Source: an uncultured Litoreibacter sp. (lineage in GTDB: Bacteria > Pseudomonadota > Alphaproteobacteria > Rhodobacterales > Rhodobacteraceae). From it: DNA of 64,000 nt. Position numbers and translations under genes: made by a program. The stretch lies in contig NZ_CANKWO010000003.1 of the NCBI RefSeq assembly GCF_947487515.1, positions 139,103-203,102 on the forward strand, read 5' to 3'. Positions within the stretch are counted from its first letter, which is position 1, and every line of letters begins with the position of its first letter. The notes under the pieces were generated by a model that was not told the DNA's origin, did no database searches, and saw only the letters and a list, made by a program, of their open reading frames with translations. Below are positions 55,605 through 64,000 of the stretch, in pieces.

Positions 55605-56456
55605 TTACAAGAGTACCTGAGGGGCGGCGAGACCGCGCAATGCGGTGTTGAACGCGAATGTTTTTCCCGCATCTGGCTGCGCCAACAAGGCATCATCAGA
55701 CAACCCCTGCTGCGCGGTCGTAACAAACAGGGTCGACATATCCGGGCCACCAAAAACAGGGCATGTGACATGCGCAGTAGGAAGATCAAACGTACGTCGT
55801 TGATCCCCGAAACGACCATATTGCGCCACATTGGACGCCCCCCATTGCGCGATCAGCAAATCGCCATCCGCGGTGGTAATTGCGCCATCGGGATTTAGGC
55901 CCTTCTTGCTTAGATCAAGAATCCTGTCAGGGGCCGCGCAGGGCCAGCCTTGCGGATCCAGTGGCACCCGCATGACACGGGCATAGTAAGTGTCGGTGAA
56001 ATAGGCATAGGCCCCGTCAGGGCTGAAGCAAATGGCATTGGAGATGGTGATCGGGGCGAACAGGCGGCGCAGCTCTCCCTTATAGTAGCGGTATATCGCA
56101 CCTGCGTCGGGCTCTGCTTGCTTGCCCATGGTTCCGATCCAGAACCCGCCATAGGGATCAGCGCGCCCGTCATTGGAACGCGTGACGGGATTATCGGCCT
56201 CGAGGTTGCATATTTTGCTGCGCGCCGCGCTTTCTAGGTCAAAGGTGAACAGCGACACTTCATCGGCGATAAGCAGCTGCGTGTCGCTGACCCACCCCAT
56301 GGCGGAGACATGCTGCTCAAACGCCCATTCTCGCCCGTCGTCACACAGCAGCTTTCGCCCAAGGATGTCGCACCAGAACAATTTGCCCAACTTGGGGTGC
56401 CAAAAAGGGCCTTCGCCCAGCAGGCAAGCGCGATCATCGTGAACTTGGGGACTCAT
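55605..56456 (-). CDS. SMP-30/gluconolactonase/LRE-family lactonase
   Basis: LGEGPFWHP..., six-bladed-propeller-type repeats, 283 aa. Confidence 0.85.
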   Translation of the reverse strand: MSPQVHDDRACLLGEGPFWHPKLGKLFWCDILGRKLLCDDGREWAFEQHVSAMGWVSDTQLLIADEVSLFTFDLESAARSKICNLEADNPVTRSNDGRADPYGGFWIGTMGKQAEPDAGAIYRYYKGELRRLFAPITISNAICFSPDGAYAYFTDTYYARVMRVPLDPQGWPCAAPDRILDLSKKGLNPDGAITTADGDLLIAQWGASNVAQYGRFGDQRRTFDLPTAHVTCPVFGGPDMSTLFVTTAQQGLSDDALLAQPDAGKTFAFNTALRGLAAPQVLL

Positions 56457-56492
56457 AAAACTACCATTGTTACTTACTTGCCTAGCACCGGT

Positions 56493-57407
56493 TTAGGCCC
56501 GCGAGGACAGGTCCTTATAGGCCGCCGACAGGCCTTGCAGTGTGGTGGAGGCCACGTCGTGCATGGAGGGTGAAACCCCTTGGGCTGACAGGGCCTTCGC
56601 ATAGAGGGCATTCAAAGCAGAGGCCCCGATCAGGGACACGGATTGACCCAACCAATAGGGGCGGGCTGCGGAAAGCTCCAAGCCCAGCAATATGCCCGAC
56701 AACCGCGCACGTGATACGGCTTGATCTGCCCCGAACAGCAGATCGACCGCACGGACTTTGAACAGCTGCGTTGCCACGGCTTCGGGGCGGCTGATCGTGT
56801 CGGACACCGCGCCAAGGAAGGCTTCGTGATCCAACCCGCCGCCTTCACCGATGGAATGGCGCAACACCGACTCGCGGCTCAGCAGGTCAAACATTTCGCC
56901 AGTCATGAAGGTCTGAAAGGACACAACTTCCCCTGCGCTGATATGGGCCCACTTCGTGTGGGTTCCCGGAAGGCACAAAATGCCGTCATAGCCGGGGTTC
57001 TCCGATAGGAAGCCCGCGATTTGGGTTTCCTCGCCACGCATGACGTCGGCGGATTTTTCTTGCTTCAAGCCAGGCAAGATATGCATGGAAATGCGGCTGT
57101 CTTTGCAAGGCACGACATGAATGTCACCCAAGGGTGTGGTGGGGACCGCTCGGTAGGGGGCCTCGTCCCAGCCTTGTCGCGCACCAACCATGCCACATGC
57201 GATCACGGGCGTGTGGTCATTGCCCAGCCACGGCGCGATATGGGACAGAAGCGTGACCTCGAATTCTCCGGGGGCGACGCTTGACATGCCTTGGTCAGAG
57301 CCATTTTCGGCGAGCACGTCGCCCTCTGCAGTCATGGCCCAAACACGCAGGTTTGAAGTGCCCCAATCGACCGCAATCCAGTCGGGATATGTAAGTTCAT
57401 TTTGCAT
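56493..57407 (-). CDS. dgoK: 2-dehydro-3-deoxygalactonokinase
   Basis: IAVDWGTSNLRVW N-terminus and overall DgoK length and pattern. Confidence 0.85.
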   Translation of the reverse strand: MQNELTYPDWIAVDWGTSNLRVWAMTAEGDVLAENGSDQGMSSVAPGEFEVTLLSHIAPWLGNDHTPVIACGMVGARQGWDEAPYRAVPTTPLGDIHVVPCKDSRISMHILPGLKQEKSADVMRGEETQIAGFLSENPGYDGILCLPGTHTKWAHISAGEVVSFQTFMTGEMFDLLSRESVLRHSIGEGGGLDHEAFLGAVSDTISRPEAVATQLFKVRAVDLLFGADQAVSRARLSGILLGLELSAARPYWLGQSVSLIGASALNALYAKALSAQGVSPSMHDVASTTLQGLSAAYKDLSSRA

Positions 57408-57569
57408 GCGGCAGTTAGTAGCATACTTAAATCTGCAACCAAGCCCCTCTGCCCATCTAATTTCAGCTTTGGAATTCGGTAGGTCCAGCGAGGGACGGGT
57501 CTTGCTAGTCGACGGAAGGTCGGCTTTGGTGTGGCCAGCGTAAAACCTTCAGTCATAAGGATACCCGAT

Positions 57570-58556
57570 TTGAGCTTTGGACAGATGCCCGATGGCAGCA
57601 CAGTTTCGCGTCACCGCATCGAAGGAGGCGGCTTGGTCGCGCATGTTTTGTCCTATGGGGCAGTGCTGCAAGACTTGCGACTGGAGGGCCATGCGCCGCC
57701 ATTGGTTTTGGGCTTTGACGAGTTTGCCCCCTACCTGACAGATGATTCCTGCTTCGGGGCCGTGGTTGGCCGTTGCGCCAACCGGATTGGAGGCGGGGCG
57801 TTTCAGATTGACGGCACGCAGTACCAGCTGGATCGGAATTTTGAAGGCCGTCACCATTTGCACGGCGGCGCGGCTGGGGCTGGCACGCGCAATTGGGAGG
57901 TTGAGGCAGTGGCGCGCGACCGGATCACTCTGCGTCTGGATTTTGCCGACGGAGAGATGGGCTACCCAGGGAACATGACTGCGCGTTGCAGCTACGCCTG
58001 TTTGGACGGCGGGGTGCTGGATATACAGATCACCGCCGAAACCGACGCGCCGACACTGTGCAACTTTGCCCATCATTCCTATTGGAATTTGGACGGCGGC
58101 GCCACGACCAAGAACCACTTGATGCAAGTGGATGCAGACCGGATCACGGCTGTGGACGACGGCTTCATTTCCACCGGCGAGACCCCCAATGTGACGGGAA
58201 CGCGCTACGACTTTCGCACCGAGCGACCAATCCATGATGACGTGTTCATCGACAACAACCTGTGCTTGTCCAATGCGCGGCACCCCCTGCGCCGCGTTGG
58301 ATCGCTGCGGTCTACAGTATCGGGTGTGACCATGGAGATGCACACCACCGAAGCGGGATTGCAGGTTTATGACGCGTTCAAAATGAACGTGGAGCCGGCG
58401 GGATTGGAAGGGCGCATATATGGCGCGAATGCCGGTGTGGCGCTTGAACCTCAGGTGTGGCCTGATGCTGTCAATCACGCCAGCTTCCCGACAGCAATCC
58501 TGCGGCCGCACGAGACCTACAAACAACACACACAGTTCGAAATTTCCAAAGGATAA
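57570..58556 (+). CDS. galM: aldose 1-epimerase (galactose mutarotase)
   Basis: YGAVLQDL, GR.ANRI, HGG and HSYWNL motifs. TTG 57570 is preferred (AAGGA 8 nt upstream, product begins MSFGQMPDG); GTG 57531 is the longest alternative. Confidence 0.85.
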   Translation: MSFGQMPDGSTVSRHRIEGGGLVAHVLSYGAVLQDLRLEGHAPPLVLGFDEFAPYLTDDSCFGAVVGRCANRIGGGAFQIDGTQYQLDRNFEGRHHLHGGAAGAGTRNWEVEAVARDRITLRLDFADGEMGYPGNMTARCSYACLDGGVLDIQITAETDAPTLCNFAHHSYWNLDGGATTKNHLMQVDADRITAVDDGFISTGETPNVTGTRYDFRTERPIHDDVFIDNNLCLSNARHPLRRVGSLRSTVSGVTMEMHTTEAGLQVYDAFKMNVEPAGLEGRIYGANAGVALEPQVWPDAVNHASFPTAILRPHETYKQHTQFEISKG

Positions 58557-58562
58557 CGCGCT

Positions 58563-60005
58563 ATGAGCTATGAAAAATACATGAAGGAAGCCAATTTCAT
58601 CGGCGGTGAATGGGTCGGCGCGGACAGCGGGGAGACGATTGACGTCACCAATCCCGCTACGGGCGAGGTTATTGGCACCGTTCCCGCCTGTGGCGATGTT
58701 GAAACCCGCCGCGCGATCGACGCTGCTGCGGGGACGTTTGACCAGATGGCAGGCATGGCCTTGATGGACCGCGTCGGTCTGCTGTGGAAATTGCACGACG
58801 CGTTGATGGACAACCAAAAGACGCTGGCAGAGTTGCTGACGGTCGAAATGGGCAAGCCGCTTGCGGAAGCCATGGGCGAAATTGGCATTGGTGCGCAATA
58901 TGTGCGCTGGTTCGCCGAAGAGGTCCGACGTGCGAAGGGCGAAATCGTCCCGGCCCCCTCAAATGGCCGCCGGTTTTTGGTGACCAACCACCCCGTGGGT
59001 GTGGTCGGTATGATTACCCCGTGGAATTTTCCGTCATCCATGCTGGCCCGCAAAATTGCCCCCGCTTTGGCGGTCGGCTGCACGGTGGTTGCGAAACCTG
59101 CAACGGCTACGCCCTACAGCGGCTTGGCGTGGGGTGCATTGGCCGAAGAGGCGGGCTATCCCAAAGGTGCGGTCAATGTGGTGACAGGTTCTGCACGCAA
59201 AATCGGCGGCGCGATTATGGCGGATGCGCGGGTGCGCAAAGTCACCTTCACCGGCTCCACCGAAGTGGGGAAAGAGTTGATCCGCCAATCGGCGGACACG
59301 GTCAAAAAGGTTTCGATGGAATTGGGGGGCAACGCGCCGTTTCTGGTGTTTGACGACGCGGATGTCGATGCTGCGGTAACCGGCGCTATGGTGTCGAAGT
59401 TCCGCAACTCTGGCCAAACCTGCGTTTGCGCAAACCGCATCTATGTTCAATCCGGCGTCTACGACGAATTCGTGGCCAAGCTGACAGTGGCCGTTGAGAA
59501 CCTGAAGGTCGGCGACGGGCGCGAGGCGGGTGTGGAGCAAGGCCCGTTGATCGACATGGATGCCGTCGAGAAGGTGGAAGAATTCGTGGCTGATGCCACT
59601 GCCAAGGGCGGCAAAGTCGTCTCGGGCGGGGCGCGGCATGGGAATGGCCACAGCTTCTTTGAGCCGACAATCGTGACCGAGGCCACGCAGGACATGAAAT
59701 TCGCGAAGGAGGAAATTTTCGGGCCGCTGGCTCCGGTGTTCCGCTTCGAGGACGAAGATGAGGCAATCGCTTGGGCCAATGACACAGATTTCGGATTGGC
59801 ATCCTATGCCTATACCCGCGACGTGGGCCGGATCTTCAAGCTGAACGAAAAGTTGCAATACGGGATGATTGGCGTGAACTCCGGCTTGATCACAACCGTT
59901 GAGGCCCCGTTTGGGGGTATGAAAGAAAGTGGCTTGGGCAAGGAAGGCGGCAGCCAAGGGTTGGCCGACTACATGGACGTGAAATACACCGCCGTGGATT
60001 TCTAG
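58563..60005 (+). CDS. NAD(P)-dependent aldehyde dehydrogenase (succinate-/2-oxoglutarate-semialdehyde dehydrogenase-like)
   Basis: 480 aa; ITPWNFP, MELGGNAP and GQTCVCANR catalytic motifs of the GabD-like subfamily. Confidence 0.9.
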   Translation: MSYEKYMKEANFIGGEWVGADSGETIDVTNPATGEVIGTVPACGDVETRRAIDAAAGTFDQMAGMALMDRVGLLWKLHDALMDNQKTLAELLTVEMGKPLAEAMGEIGIGAQYVRWFAEEVRRAKGEIVPAPSNGRRFLVTNHPVGVVGMITPWNFPSSMLARKIAPALAVGCTVVAKPATATPYSGLAWGALAEEAGYPKGAVNVVTGSARKIGGAIMADARVRKVTFTGSTEVGKELIRQSADTVKKVSMELGGNAPFLVFDDADVDAAVTGAMVSKFRNSGQTCVCANRIYVQSGVYDEFVAKLTVAVENLKVGDGREAGVEQGPLIDMDAVEKVEEFVADATAKGGKVVSGGARHGNGHSFFEPTIVTEATQDMKFAKEEIFGPLAPVFRFEDEDEAIAWANDTDFGLASYAYTRDVGRIFKLNEKLQYGMIGVNSGLITTVEAPFGGMKESGLGKEGGSQGLADYMDVKYTAVDF

Positions 60006-60017
60006 GCGCCTGTATCT

Positions 60018-60563
60018 GTGAGTTGGATTGACACTTTCCTTGGCGGTGGGCCTGAGTATGCCGCCGAGGATTGGTTGGTGGCTGACATGCAAAACCTGCT
60101 TGCTCAGGCGTGCTTGGGCGCGGGGCTGCCGACGCGCCAAGCCGAGGACATGGCGGGCATGTCCGCCTTATTGATGAGCGACCCGAAACTGTTTGCCATA
60201 GCGGTCGCGGCGCTGGAGCCGCCGCATTTTGCCGTACGCGCCGAGGGCACCACCGAACATCTGGTGATTGAATCTGCACGGATCGTTATGGCCGCCTCCG
60301 TGATGACCGACGCCTTCGCCGACGGTGCCTCTCGGGTGGTGCTACATGATTTGGACTGGCCGCAATTGGTCTGGCCAGTGCTGTTGCAGGCGGAAAACTT
60401 CTTTGGATGCGGCTTTGCGATCGACAGGCCAGACGCGCGGACGGTGATGGTTTCACGTTCCCGCAGCCGGTTGAAGCCATTGGGCGAACCGCAACCGGTT
60501 CCGCTGGTCCCTTTGGCGCAACTGCACAGATTGGCGGCCAAAGCGCGTCTCTCACGCGGCTAA
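60018..60563 (+). CDS. hypothetical protein (181 aa)
   Basis: GTG start 13 nt after the ALDH stop. Codon third positions are G/C-rich, like neighbouring genes. Only a vague resemblance to DUF3726-type proteins, so unassigned. Confidence 0.5.
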   Translation: MSWIDTFLGGGPEYAAEDWLVADMQNLLAQACLGAGLPTRQAEDMAGMSALLMSDPKLFAIAVAALEPPHFAVRAEGTTEHLVIESARIVMAASVMTDAFADGASRVVLHDLDWPQLVWPVLLQAENFFGCGFAIDRPDARTVMVSRSRSRLKPLGEPQPVPLVPLAQLHRLAAKARLSRG

Positions 60564-60679
60564 CCATCACCACAGTTTCGGAATTCTTGAAAGTGGCTCG
60601 GAAAAGCCGAATATGATTTGCCTCCAGCGGTCCGCTGCAACATGCCTGAGGGCAGACTGCCGGATCAAGAGGGCCCCCG

Positions 60680-61987
60680 ATGATACATCTCAAGTCACCA
60701 CAGGTTGACCAACTGGACGCCGACCGAAAAACACGCGAGATCGTGGAAGACATGCTTTCCAAGATTCGCATCAACGGCGAAGCCGCCGTGCGCGGTTACG
60801 CCAAAGACTTGGATGGGTGGACGCAAGAATTCGCCTTGTCTGCCGAAAAGAAGGCCGCATTGATTGCCCAAGTCCCCGACCAAGCGAAGGCGGATATCGA
60901 GTTTGCCCACCGGCAGATCGTGCGCTTTGCACAGGCGCAGCGCGACAGCATCACCGACTTTCACATAGAAACGGAGCCCGGTGTAACCCTTGGCCAACGC
61001 TGCGTGCCCGTCGATTGCGCTGGCTGCTATGTTCCGGGTGGCCGCTATGCGCATGTGGCGTCGGCCTTGATGAGTGTCGCAACCGCACGGGCGGCGGGCG
61101 TTCCCTTCATTGTCGCGGCTTCCCCGCCGCGCGGCGACGCGATTGATCCGGCGGTGGCATATGCGATGGATTTGGCAGGGGCCGATTTGATCCTAGAAAT
61201 GGGGGGCGTGCAAGCTGTGGCGTCCATGGCGATGGGCCTGTTCGGGGCGAAACCGGCGGATATACTCGTAGGCCCCGGCAACGCCTTTGTGGCAGAGGCC
61301 AAGTTGCAACTGTTCGGAGGCGTGGGCATTGACCTATTCGCCGGACCTACGGAAAGCGCCGTGATCGCGGATGAGACCGCGGACCCGATGACCGTCGCAA
61401 TTGACCTGTTGTCCCAAGCAGAGCACGGCACCAATTCTCCGGTTTGGCTGTTCACAACATCGAACGCGCTGGCGGAAACGGTGAATCGTATTTTGCCGAA
61501 AATCGCCAAAGAATGGCCCACCGGCGACGTTGCGCGCCAAGCTTGGGCCAATCACGGTGAGATTGTGATCTGCGAGGACCGCGAGCAAATGGCAGAGGTT
61601 TCGGACAAATATGCCTGTGAACATCTGCAGGTGCAGGCCGAAGATCTGGATTGGTGGCTGCAACGCCTGCGCAACTACGGCTCGCTGTTCTTGGGTGAAG
61701 GTTCCACCGTAACCCATGGGGACAAATGCTCCGGCACCAATCACATCCTGCCGACGCGTCAGGCCGCCCGCTACACCGGCGGGTTAAACGTGATGAAGTT
61801 CCTAAAGATTTTGACGTGGCAGGAAATCAAAACCGACGCAGACCCGATGATGTCCTCCGTTGCGTCACGCCTGTCACGTACCGAAGGGATGGATGCCCAC
61901 GCCCGCGCTTGCGACTGGAGGTTGCAAAAATTTGGCGGTCGGGAAAACTGGGGCTTCGAGGTCGCACACCAAAAACGCTTTGACTAG
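60680..61987 (+). CDS. histidinol dehydrogenase family protein (HisD or HisD-like paralog such as HpsN-type)
   Basis: 435 aa; SQAEHG, ACEHLQV, GDKCSGTNHILPT and EGMDAHA match the Zn and catalytic motifs of the HisD family. Confidence 0.85.
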   Translation: MIHLKSPQVDQLDADRKTREIVEDMLSKIRINGEAAVRGYAKDLDGWTQEFALSAEKKAALIAQVPDQAKADIEFAHRQIVRFAQAQRDSITDFHIETEPGVTLGQRCVPVDCAGCYVPGGRYAHVASALMSVATARAAGVPFIVAASPPRGDAIDPAVAYAMDLAGADLILEMGGVQAVASMAMGLFGAKPADILVGPGNAFVAEAKLQLFGGVGIDLFAGPTESAVIADETADPMTVAIDLLSQAEHGTNSPVWLFTTSNALAETVNRILPKIAKEWPTGDVARQAWANHGEIVICEDREQMAEVSDKYACEHLQVQAEDLDWWLQRLRNYGSLFLGEGSTVTHGDKCSGTNHILPTRQAARYTGGLNVMKFLKILTWQEIKTDADPMMSSVASRLSRTEGMDAHARACDWRLQKFGGRENWGFEVAHQKRFD

Positions 61988-62015
61988 GACGAGCCTTGAA
62001 AAGGGAAATCCGAAG

Positions 62016-62039
62016 GACCGGTTGGATGGCCGGTCTTTT
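62016..62039 (+). terminator. intrinsic terminator after the HisD-family gene
   Basis: Stem GACCGG/CCGGTC followed by TTTT. Confidence 0.55.
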
Positions 62040-62157
62040 CGTGTCTGAAACCCGATAGAGACCATCCCCACCGAACTGTGTTAGGATATGGCTTCCCCGC
62101 GTCAATGGATGTAGCAAGGCGTGAAATTGTGCGACACAGATTGAGAACTTAAACAAC

Positions 62158-62943
62158 ATGAACGTTAAGGATGACACCCCGCGCAGCACCTCCAAAGAGG
62201 TGGCCTCGGATCGCCGAATAAAGTTGCGCCATATCGTACCAAGCATGGTGACGGTCTTCGCAATCTGTGCCGGTTTGACGTCTTTGCGCATGAGCATCGA
62301 GGGCAACATCCCTGCGGCTTTGTATCTCATCATGCTGGCCGTGTTTTTGGACGCGGCTGACGGCAAGCTTGCCCGTTATCTGGATACTGCCAGCCCTTTC
62401 GGGGCGGAGTTGGATACACTCGCAGACTTCTTTAACTTCGGCATTGCGCCGGGGCTGCTGATCTACAACGCCTTCTACCACGCATCCGAATTTCAAAACC
62501 TAGGCTGGTTGAGTTGCCTAATTCTTGCGGTGTGTTGCGCGCTGCGTTTGGCGCGTTTCAACGTTGGCTTGTCGGTGCCGCCGAAATCCGGCGCGCGCGA
62601 CTACTTCGTGGGAGTTCCGGCTCCGGCATTGGCATCCCTAGCGTTGATGCCGGTGTTCATGAGCTTGGTCGGATGGACCAGCATCGGGACATATTCGCAT
62701 GTGATCGCAGTCTATGAAATTGCCATCGCGTTGCTGGCGGTTAGCATGATCCCTACGTTTTCGATCAAGCACGCCTCCATTAGCCGCAAGTTCCTGCCAT
62801 TTCTGGCGATTGGCTCTGCGATCGTGATCATCTGCTTGATGGTGTACCCGTGGCACACATTTATTTTCGCGAACCTCATGTATTTGGGGTCTTTGCCCGT
62901 GTCTTACATGCGCGAACGCGATTCCCAGCCAGCGGAAGGCTAG
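62158..62943 (+). CDS. pssA: CDP-diacylglycerol--serine O-phosphatidyltransferase
   Basis: CDP-alcohol transferase motif DAADGKLAR-x8-G-x3-DTLAD, multiple helices, and followed by psd. Confidence 0.85.
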   Translation: MNVKDDTPRSTSKEVASDRRIKLRHIVPSMVTVFAICAGLTSLRMSIEGNIPAALYLIMLAVFLDAADGKLARYLDTASPFGAELDTLADFFNFGIAPGLLIYNAFYHASEFQNLGWLSCLILAVCCALRLARFNVGLSVPPKSGARDYFVGVPAPALASLALMPVFMSLVGWTSIGTYSHVIAVYEIAIALLAVSMIPTFSIKHASISRKFLPFLAIGSAIVIICLMVYPWHTFIFANLMYLGSLPVSYMRERDSQPAEG

Positions 62944-63011
62944 GCAGACTTGCCCTGCGCGGGCTTTGCTGTCACTGAGCGTGCCAACCCAGATATAGAC
63001 AGGATAGACCT

Positions 63012-63704
63012 ATGAACATGCTTAAGATTGTGGCGGTGCCCATGCACCCGGAAGGCCGCAAATTCGTCGCCATATTTGCCGGTATCGCGGTGCTTCTTGG
63101 TTTGATCTGGCAGCCACTTTTCTGGTTGGGCCTTGGGGCGACGGTCTGGTGCTACTACTTCTTTCGCAATCCGGTGCGCACGATCCCGCAGCGCGAAGGG
63201 TTGGTTCTGTCCCCTGCGGATGGCGTTGTTTCCCTGATTTCCGAAGTCGTGCCACCGGTGGAGCTTGGCCTTGGGGACACGCCTGTGCACCGTGTGTCGG
63301 TGTTTATGAATGTGTTTAACTGCCATGTGAACCGCTCGCCGATGGATGGGACGATTACCGAAATCGCCTATCACAAAGGGAAGTTCGTCAATGCGTCTTT
63401 GGACAAAGCCAGCGAACACAACGAGCGCAATGGATTGGCCATTGAGTCTGCGGATGGACACCGCATCGGTGTGGTGCAGATTGCTGGGCTGGTTGCGCGT
63501 CGCATCGTTTGCTTTGTCAAAACCGGTGACGCCCTGAACGCGGGCGAGGTTTTTGGCCTTATCCGCTTTGGGAGCCGTTTGGACATCTATCTGCCTGCGG
63601 GAATTCTGCCGGCCGTTTCAGTTGGTACCACCGCAGTCGCGGGTGAGACCATGCTTGCTGATTTGCGCGGAGAGCAAAAGGTCGTGCAAAGCGTCAATAT
63701 CTAA
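63012..63704 (+). CDS. psd: phosphatidylserine decarboxylase proenzyme (short type)
   Basis: 230 aa; N-terminal helices, [11 protein letters not shown] and the self-cleavage motif FGSRLD. Confidence 0.9.
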   Translation: MNMLKIVAVPMHPEGRKFVAIFAGIAVLLGLIWQPLFWLGLGATVWCYYFFRNPVRTIPQREGLVLSPADGVVSLISEVVPPVELGLGDTPVHRVSVFMNVFNCHVNRSPMDGTITEIAYHKGKFVNASLDKASEHNERNGLAIESADGHRIGVVQIAGLVARRIVCFVKTGDALNAGEVFGLIRFGSRLDIYLPAGILPAVSVGTTAVAGETMLADLRGEQKVVQSVNI

Positions 63705-63733
63705 GCCGCGATTGCTGCGCCGAACACAAAGAA

Positions 63734-63766
63734 AGCCCCGTCAGATTCTGGCGGGGCTTTCTTTTC
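63734..63766. terminator. bidirectional intrinsic terminator between psd and the convergent DmsC-like gene
   Basis: Stem AGCCCCG/CGGGGCT, T-rich 3' side (TTTCTTTTCGTTT) and an A-rich 5' side (AAAGAAA). Confidence 0.7.
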
Positions 63767-63781
63767 GTTTGGGATGTTGGG

Positions 63782-64000
63782 TTAGCGTTTGCCGTAGTAC
63801 AGCCCAACGGTGTGCTCGGCCTCAGCAAAGAACAACCAGCGCAGGGTGAGCGCGCCGAAGATATGCAACAGCAAAGCCAAAAACGATATCAGGTGGCTAA
63901 ACGGCGGCAACACCAGCAGTATGAACGGCAGCACAGACAGGCACAGAACGCCAATGACCCGCAGCTTGAACGCATGCTTGCGGCCAACCACATGAACCAT
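63782..64000 (-). CDS. C-terminal part of a DmsC/YnfH-like molybdoenzyme membrane-anchor protein; N-terminus beyond window
   Basis: ORF is open to the window end. Hydrophobic helices and the tail RWLFFAEAEHTVGLYYG resemble the DmsC-family C-terminus from memory. Confidence 0.45.
   Translation of the reverse strand: MVHVVGRKHAFKLRVIGVLCLSVLPFILLVLPPFSHLISFLALLLHIFGALTLRWLFFAEAEHTVGLYYGKR

Overview
G+C-rich, gene-dense chromosomal segment that looks alphaproteobacterial, probably Rhodobacteraceae-like. That placement is inferred from gene content: plant-type gshA, a divergent rpsU/COQ9 pair, a Paracoccus-like aa3 oxidase subunit IV, non-Pyl MttB plus DMGDH, and a long DmdC-like acyl-CoA dehydrogenase. 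I support about 68 protein genes, one tRNA (anticodon CAT), several intrinsic terminators and a pair of TetR-type operator palindromes. Most genes are housekeeping: uvrC, panBC, pgsA-moaDE, ubiA, rsmE, gshA, plsY, pyrB/pyrC, moaB, rpsU, clpS and pssA-psd. Small catabolic blocks are interspersed: MttB/DMGDH/LysR, ALDH-SDR-DmpA, lactonase-dgoK/galM-ALDH, RNase T2/CpdB and an RND efflux pair. Genes are packed very tightly, with many ATGA/GTGA/TTGA stop-start overlaps and several convergent pairs sharing stop codons. I found no CRISPR array, integrase, transposase, prophage or recognisable defence or toxin-antitoxin module. The best candidate for something undescribed is a visibly AT-richer trio of small membrane-protein ORFs inserted, with translational coupling, between pyrB and a pyrC-like gene whose metal-binding HxH motif is lost (PyrC'-type). 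Secondary candidates are an orphan non-pyrrolysine MttB next to a DMGDH-family oxidase, a UDG-superfamily protein with a deviant active-site motif, and a HisD paralog with an unknown partner. Lesser items are a two-palindrome TetR operator in front of a DUF2306 gene and an unexplained low-GC spacer. All family assignments were made by eye from motifs, so gene starts carry uncertainty of a few codons.
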